From a virus (taxonomy: Duplodnaviria > Caudoviricetes): a stretch of 64,000 nt of DNA. Shown one piece after another: positions 60,453-64,000 of this stretch. The stretch spans positions 177,997 to 241,996 of the IMG/VR virus record IMGVR_UViG_3300026549_000030. One strand, written 5' to 3'. A program made the translations under genes and the position numbers. The notes below the pieces were generated by a model. That model was not told the origin of the DNA, did no database searches, and was given only the letters and a program-made list of their open reading frames with translations. Positions within the stretch are counted from its first letter, which is position 1; the number at the start of each line of letters is the position of its first letter.

Positions 60453-61103
60453 TTAAATCATAATTATTGGTAGTAAATTTCCGCCAAACCACTCATTCAT
60501 ATATTCCTTTTTATAAAAAAACACATTCCCTGTATGATTCACATAATCACCATCAATCTTAATGTTAGTAGTGTCTTTTACTAACCAACTATGTCCATTT
60601 TTATATAATATTTTGCCATTTTCATCTTTAATGAAATTTACAAATGGATGGCATATAAGATAATACCCATCATATAATTTATTTTCAGAACTAACCATAA
60701 AAGAGAACATAGCAATATGGTCTATCTTCTCTGGAAATTCGGTGCATATTGTAATGAATGCATCGAACCATTCTTTAGGAGAAACATTGTTGCAATACTC
60801 CAAAGTTGGCATAAACACATCATCCGGAACTGTTTTCACAAGCCCATTATATTCTGGTTCAGAATGCTGTATAACATAATGACCAAAGTTTTTTCTTGGA
60901 TAGTTATCTTCCCTACACAGTTCATATGGTGCATTTAATGGAAGATAATATCCTATCCCTCCTTCCTCCTTCAAGAGAACACAGACCTGTGTACGACGGC
61001 CTTTATTATATGTTGTTTCAACCCAATGATAACCATACTTATCAGATTTGTCTTGTTTGTTTAATAAGAGATCTGGAAACTTTATTTTACATATCTTATC
61101 CAT
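60453..61103 (-). CDS. Hypothetical protein
   Basis: 216-aa ORF. Confidence 0.65.
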   Translation of the reverse strand: MDKICKIKFPDLLLNKQDKSDKYGYHWVETTYNKGRRTQVCVLLKEEGGIGYYLPLNAPYELCREDNYPRKNFGHYVIQHSEPEYNGLVKTVPDDVFMPTLEYCNNVSPKEWFDAFITICTEFPEKIDHIAMFSFMVSSENKLYDGYYLICHPFVNFIKDENGKILYKNGHSWLVKDTTNIKIDGDYVNHTGNVFFYKKEYMNEWFGGNLLPIIMI

Positions 61104-61114
61104 ATTTCAATTAT

Positions 61115-61540
61115 TTAATTATACAACCATTCCTTCGCCTCCAAGGCTAGGCCCATGGGAATCAAACCTCTGTAATCAAATCCTTTCTTATTGAGCCAAT
61201 CGACAGACAGGTGACAGTGTTCCATGGGCAGTGTGGGTTCAGGCTTAAACTCGCAATCATAATCTACCTTGCTCTGCCTGTACCAATCCTTTTTTTCCTC
61301 TTCAGTCATACTTGACATTGGACGAAGATATGGTTTAACTTCTGCCATCGCACAAAAATTATATTTTCCATCAGGCTTATTAAACCCGACTGTATGAAAT
61401 GTTTCTCCGTTCAATTTATCACCCATTTCGGTGTCAATATCAAGGAGCGTACATATATAACCACCAACACATATTTTTAATCCATATGGCAGCCTTGCAC
61501 AAAGATCAGTCAGCAATAGTTGTTTTTCTTCTTGTTCCAT
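61115..61540 (-). CDS. QEEKQLLL-family paralog 4
   Basis: As paralog 1. Confidence 0.75.
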   Translation of the reverse strand: MEQEEKQLLLTDLCARLPYGLKICVGGYICTLLDIDTEMGDKLNGETFHTVGFNKPDGKYNFCAMAEVKPYLRPMSSMTEEEKKDWYRQSKVDYDCEFKPEPTLPMEHCHLSVDWLNKKGFDYRGLIPMGLALEAKEWLYN

Positions 61541-61558
61541 ATTAATTTTTATTTTTCA

Positions 61559-61816
61559 TTATTCATCTTTTCTTGCGTTAAGTCCAAGTTTGTAGAAGTA
61601 GCAGGCGATTTCAATAGCGGACGGATATTCGCCACTATTTTCATGGGCATAGTATCCAGTGAAACCTGATAGTACTTTCTCCAAATCTACCTCTGGCTGC
61701 TCCTGCTGGAGAGAGGTGATAATTCCTTTTATTTCGACAAGAAGACTTAATGTAAGTTTCCCATCACTCCACTTTTCTATCTCGGCAATCAATTTTTCGG
61801 AATCAATGTATTTCAT
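61559..61816 (-). CDS. YID.EKLIA/LQQEQP-family protein
   Basis: Motifs shared with 62445 and 63651. Confidence 0.65.
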   Translation of the reverse strand: MKYIDSEKLIAEIEKWSDGKLTLSLLVEIKGIITSLQQEQPEVDLEKVLSGFTGYYAHENSGEYPSAIEIACYFYKLGLNARKDE

Positions 61817-62220
61817 AACTCAATTTCTTTATCAATTCCACAAAGGCGAAAGGCGTGATGGAGTTCGTGGACATACTTAAAGTACATTTCATCCATACAT
61901 CCATTTTTCCCGTTAATATGAATCCCAATAACATCACCACCATAACTTTGAGCATAGCACAAATCGTCGTTACAATAGTCAGCACTAAACCCGTTCTTCT
62001 CCAAGATTTCTGCCGTGAGGGGAATAGGCTTTACGCTTGAAGCGTGCACGAATAGGATTTCATTATTTGGCCCTGCCAATTTGAATGTGTATCCTTCTCT
62101 TGATCCCAATCCCTCCATTGGGTCAATTCCAATCACCTTACAAGGCTTACTGATACTCTTGGAGAATACCCAGTCGCCAAGCATCAATTCGTTGGCTTTA
62201 ATTTCTACTTCAGTTTTCAT
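61813..62220 (-). CDS. Hypothetical protein
   Basis: ELMLGDWV...PIPLTAEILEKNGF...YVHEL. Confidence 0.65.
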   Translation of the reverse strand: MKTEVEIKANELMLGDWVFSKSISKPCKVIGIDPMEGLGSREGYTFKLAGPNNEILFVHASSVKPIPLTAEILEKNGFSADYCNDDLCYAQSYGGDVIGIHINGKNGCMDEMYFKYVHELHHAFRLCGIDKEIEL

Positions 62221-62223
62221 GGG

Positions 62224-62442
62224 CTATCTATCTTTCACGAAATGATAAGTAACTGTTGTGTCTTGTTGGTGTATCGTATAGATTGTATCTATGCGCACTT
62301 TTGGATTATTGAGCACCTTATCGGCACATTCAATGCCAAAACCTGTTGCATTTGTGGCTGTCATACTTATCATTAACATAACAAAAATAATCCCAACTAC
62401 AGACCCAATCCATAAACCAAATAATAATGCGGGTTTATCCAT
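62224..62442 (-). CDS. Small membrane protein
   Basis: N-terminal TM segment. Confidence 0.55.
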   Translation of the reverse strand: MDKPALLFGLWIGSVVGIIFVMLMISMTATNATGFGIECADKVLNNPKVRIDTIYTIHQQDTTVTYHFVKDR

Positions 62443-62444
62443 AA

Positions 62445-63644
62445 CTATAACTTTTTAATATCGTTGTAAAGTGACTCCAATTCTTCCATATGTTTATAAC
62501 CATCATGCCTGAGGTTAGATAAAGCATCCCACAGAATACCAATCTGTACCTTGCTTGGCTTCCAATGAGGCTGGGTACGAAGACGAAGGGATTCAAACCA
62601 ACAGACATCACTATTTAAATTATTAAAACCTTTCTCCATTTGTTTACCCTGTACGTCTTCTAAAACATTCAAAATATGCTTAAAATGATTTTCATCTTCC
62701 TCGCTCCATTCTGATGGCTTGCATAAACCATATTCTTCTGGGTTGTCAACTACTTGTTTCCTGCCTTCAATCACTCCACTTCTTCGCCCATTATCTATCA
62801 TAAGAGCAATTTGCCGGCTATCTCGCATCTCTGCGGACTTCTGCTCTTCCATACCAAGCCTAACACCCTCTTCCATTGCCTTGACAATATCCTTCATATC
62901 GGTTTTTACAACCGTGTCAGCAATAAAGTGTCTAGCAACATCTCTAACAGTAGTATCTCTATCCATATCTTCCCGTTGGTAGCGGATTATCTCCTTCTCC
63001 AAATCTACCTCCGACTTTTTGTCCAGTGAAGAAGGTAAGCCAAGTTGTTTTGCTGGAACATGTGCATCTTTTCTACCCTTAATATAACCTTCGTTATGGC
63101 CGAGAATAAGATAATGGGTTGCAAATTCCTTTGCTTGTCTTGGCGTTATGTTTATACCGTTGTCAAAGCAATATAATACTGCATCTCTTTCAATATCTTT
63201 CAGTACTTCAACTTCTTTCTCCGCCTCCAGCTGCTCCTGCTTTAACATAATATCGGTAAAAGAGGTCATTCCTTTCTTTTCGCAGTAGGCACGGAATACA
63301 GTCCACATCATATCATCATCAAGTTTGGAATCAGTAAATTCTCTTCCAGTATCTTCACAACGATAATACTTCCGAAGAATCTTTACCTTTTCTCCTCTAA
63401 ATGTAACTTCTTCTTCTTTCGATAGAATTGCTACCTTACCACCTGTAAATGGGGACTTTATATCATTTTCTGGCTGTTCTTGCTGGAGAAAGGTAATAAT
63501 AGAAAGAGCTGTCTCATATCCCTTTACTTCTGCTTCCCATTCTTTATAATTAGTCGCATAATAAAATTTGGTCATTAGAGACTTAAGCCCGTTTTTCACC
63601 TTTTCTATTTTGGCAATCAGTTTGTCTGCATCAATGTACCTCAT
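62445..63644 (-). CDS. Mosaic protein: LQQEQP modules plus an MqsA-like ribbon domain
   Basis: KSPFTGG...EVTFRGEKV...YYRCEDTGREFT; repeated EQPE/EVDLEKE linkers. Confidence 0.7.
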   Translation of the reverse strand: MRYIDADKLIAKIEKVKNGLKSLMTKFYYATNYKEWEAEVKGYETALSIITFLQQEQPENDIKSPFTGGKVAILSKEEEVTFRGEKVKILRKYYRCEDTGREFTDSKLDDDMMWTVFRAYCEKKGMTSFTDIMLKQEQLEAEKEVEVLKDIERDAVLYCFDNGINITPRQAKEFATHYLILGHNEGYIKGRKDAHVPAKQLGLPSSLDKKSEVDLEKEIIRYQREDMDRDTTVRDVARHFIADTVVKTDMKDIVKAMEEGVRLGMEEQKSAEMRDSRQIALMIDNGRRSGVIEGRKQVVDNPEEYGLCKPSEWSEEDENHFKHILNVLEDVQGKQMEKGFNNLNSDVCWFESLRLRTQPHWKPSKVQIGILWDALSNLRHDGYKHMEELESLYNDIKKL

Positions 63645-63650
63645 GCTATT

Positions 63651-64000
63651 TTACTTTTTCTCAAATTCTTTATAGAATGAATCTTTTTCACGAGCAAACA
63701 TTTCAAATTCATTTTCGTACAATGGTGCATATATTACACAATCAATCCATTTTCCGTCTGAATCTTTTAGTCTTGCCTTATCTGAAATAATTTTATATTC
63801 TCTATTATATTTCTTGTGAATCCAAATACAATCAGGCTGCTCCTGCTGGAGAGAGGCGATGGTTTCCTGGATAACGTGTAACTCTCCAATTCTCGCCGAC
63901 GCGTGATCTGCAAGGTTAAAGCATTCGACCTCAATCGCATCGGACCGCTGCTTTTCACAAATACTAATCTTCTGTTCTATCTTGGCAAGCAGTTTATCTG
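63651..64000 (-). CDS. LQQEQP-family protein, 5' end outside the window
   Basis: Translated by hand: DKLLAKIE...SLQQEQP...VIYAPLY...MFAREKDSF; stop TAA at 63651. Confidence 0.6.
   Translation of the reverse strand, partial: DKLLAKIEQKISICEKQRSDAIEVECFNLADHASARIGELHVIQETIASLQQEQPDCIWIHKKYNREYKIISDKARLKDSDGKWIDCVIYAPLYENEFEMFAREKDSFYKEFEKK

Noticed and set aside
1-64000. TAG recoding (genetic code 15), as in some gut megaphages
   Set aside because: Long conserved genes are uninterrupted in code 11, and several end in TAG directly before terminators (e.g. 28667, 36529).

Overview
A 64-kb segment of a large lytic dsDNA (jumbo-type) phage using the standard genetic code. The host is probably Bacteroidales, because about 30 intergenic promoters match the Bacteroidetes TTTG-N19/21-TAnnTTTG consensus. 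There are three zones. (1) 1-23.6 kb: accessory and nucleic-acid metabolism genes (two DNA methyltransferases, CCA-adding enzyme, nucleotidyltransferase, UDP-glucose dehydrogenase, a vWA + adenylosuccinate-synthetase-like operon), mixed with likely capsid-packaged proteins that share an (I/L)(T/N)E motif and an upstream TATTTAT. (2) 23.6-51 kb: an almost all plus-strand array of small promoter-gene-terminator cassettes, including a sigma70-family factor, SSB, DUF932-like and ParB-like genes. Its intergenic spaces carry 39 copies of a strictly spaced 40-bp bipartite motif, 9 copies of a small palindrome and two homologous candidate ncRNAs, and it ends at two tRNAs. (3) 51.7-64 kb: minus-strand small genes with paralog arrays and a solo, catalytically intact TnpB. 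This TnpB has a 36-30-36 bp mini CRISPR array directly upstream, and its omega-RNA-like 3' region carries a segment complementary to the CRISPR repeat. The two strongest leads are the TnpB/mini-array locus (a candidate TnpB-to-Cas12 intermediate) and the 40-bp repeat system. All calls come from reading the sequence by eye; no database searches were run.
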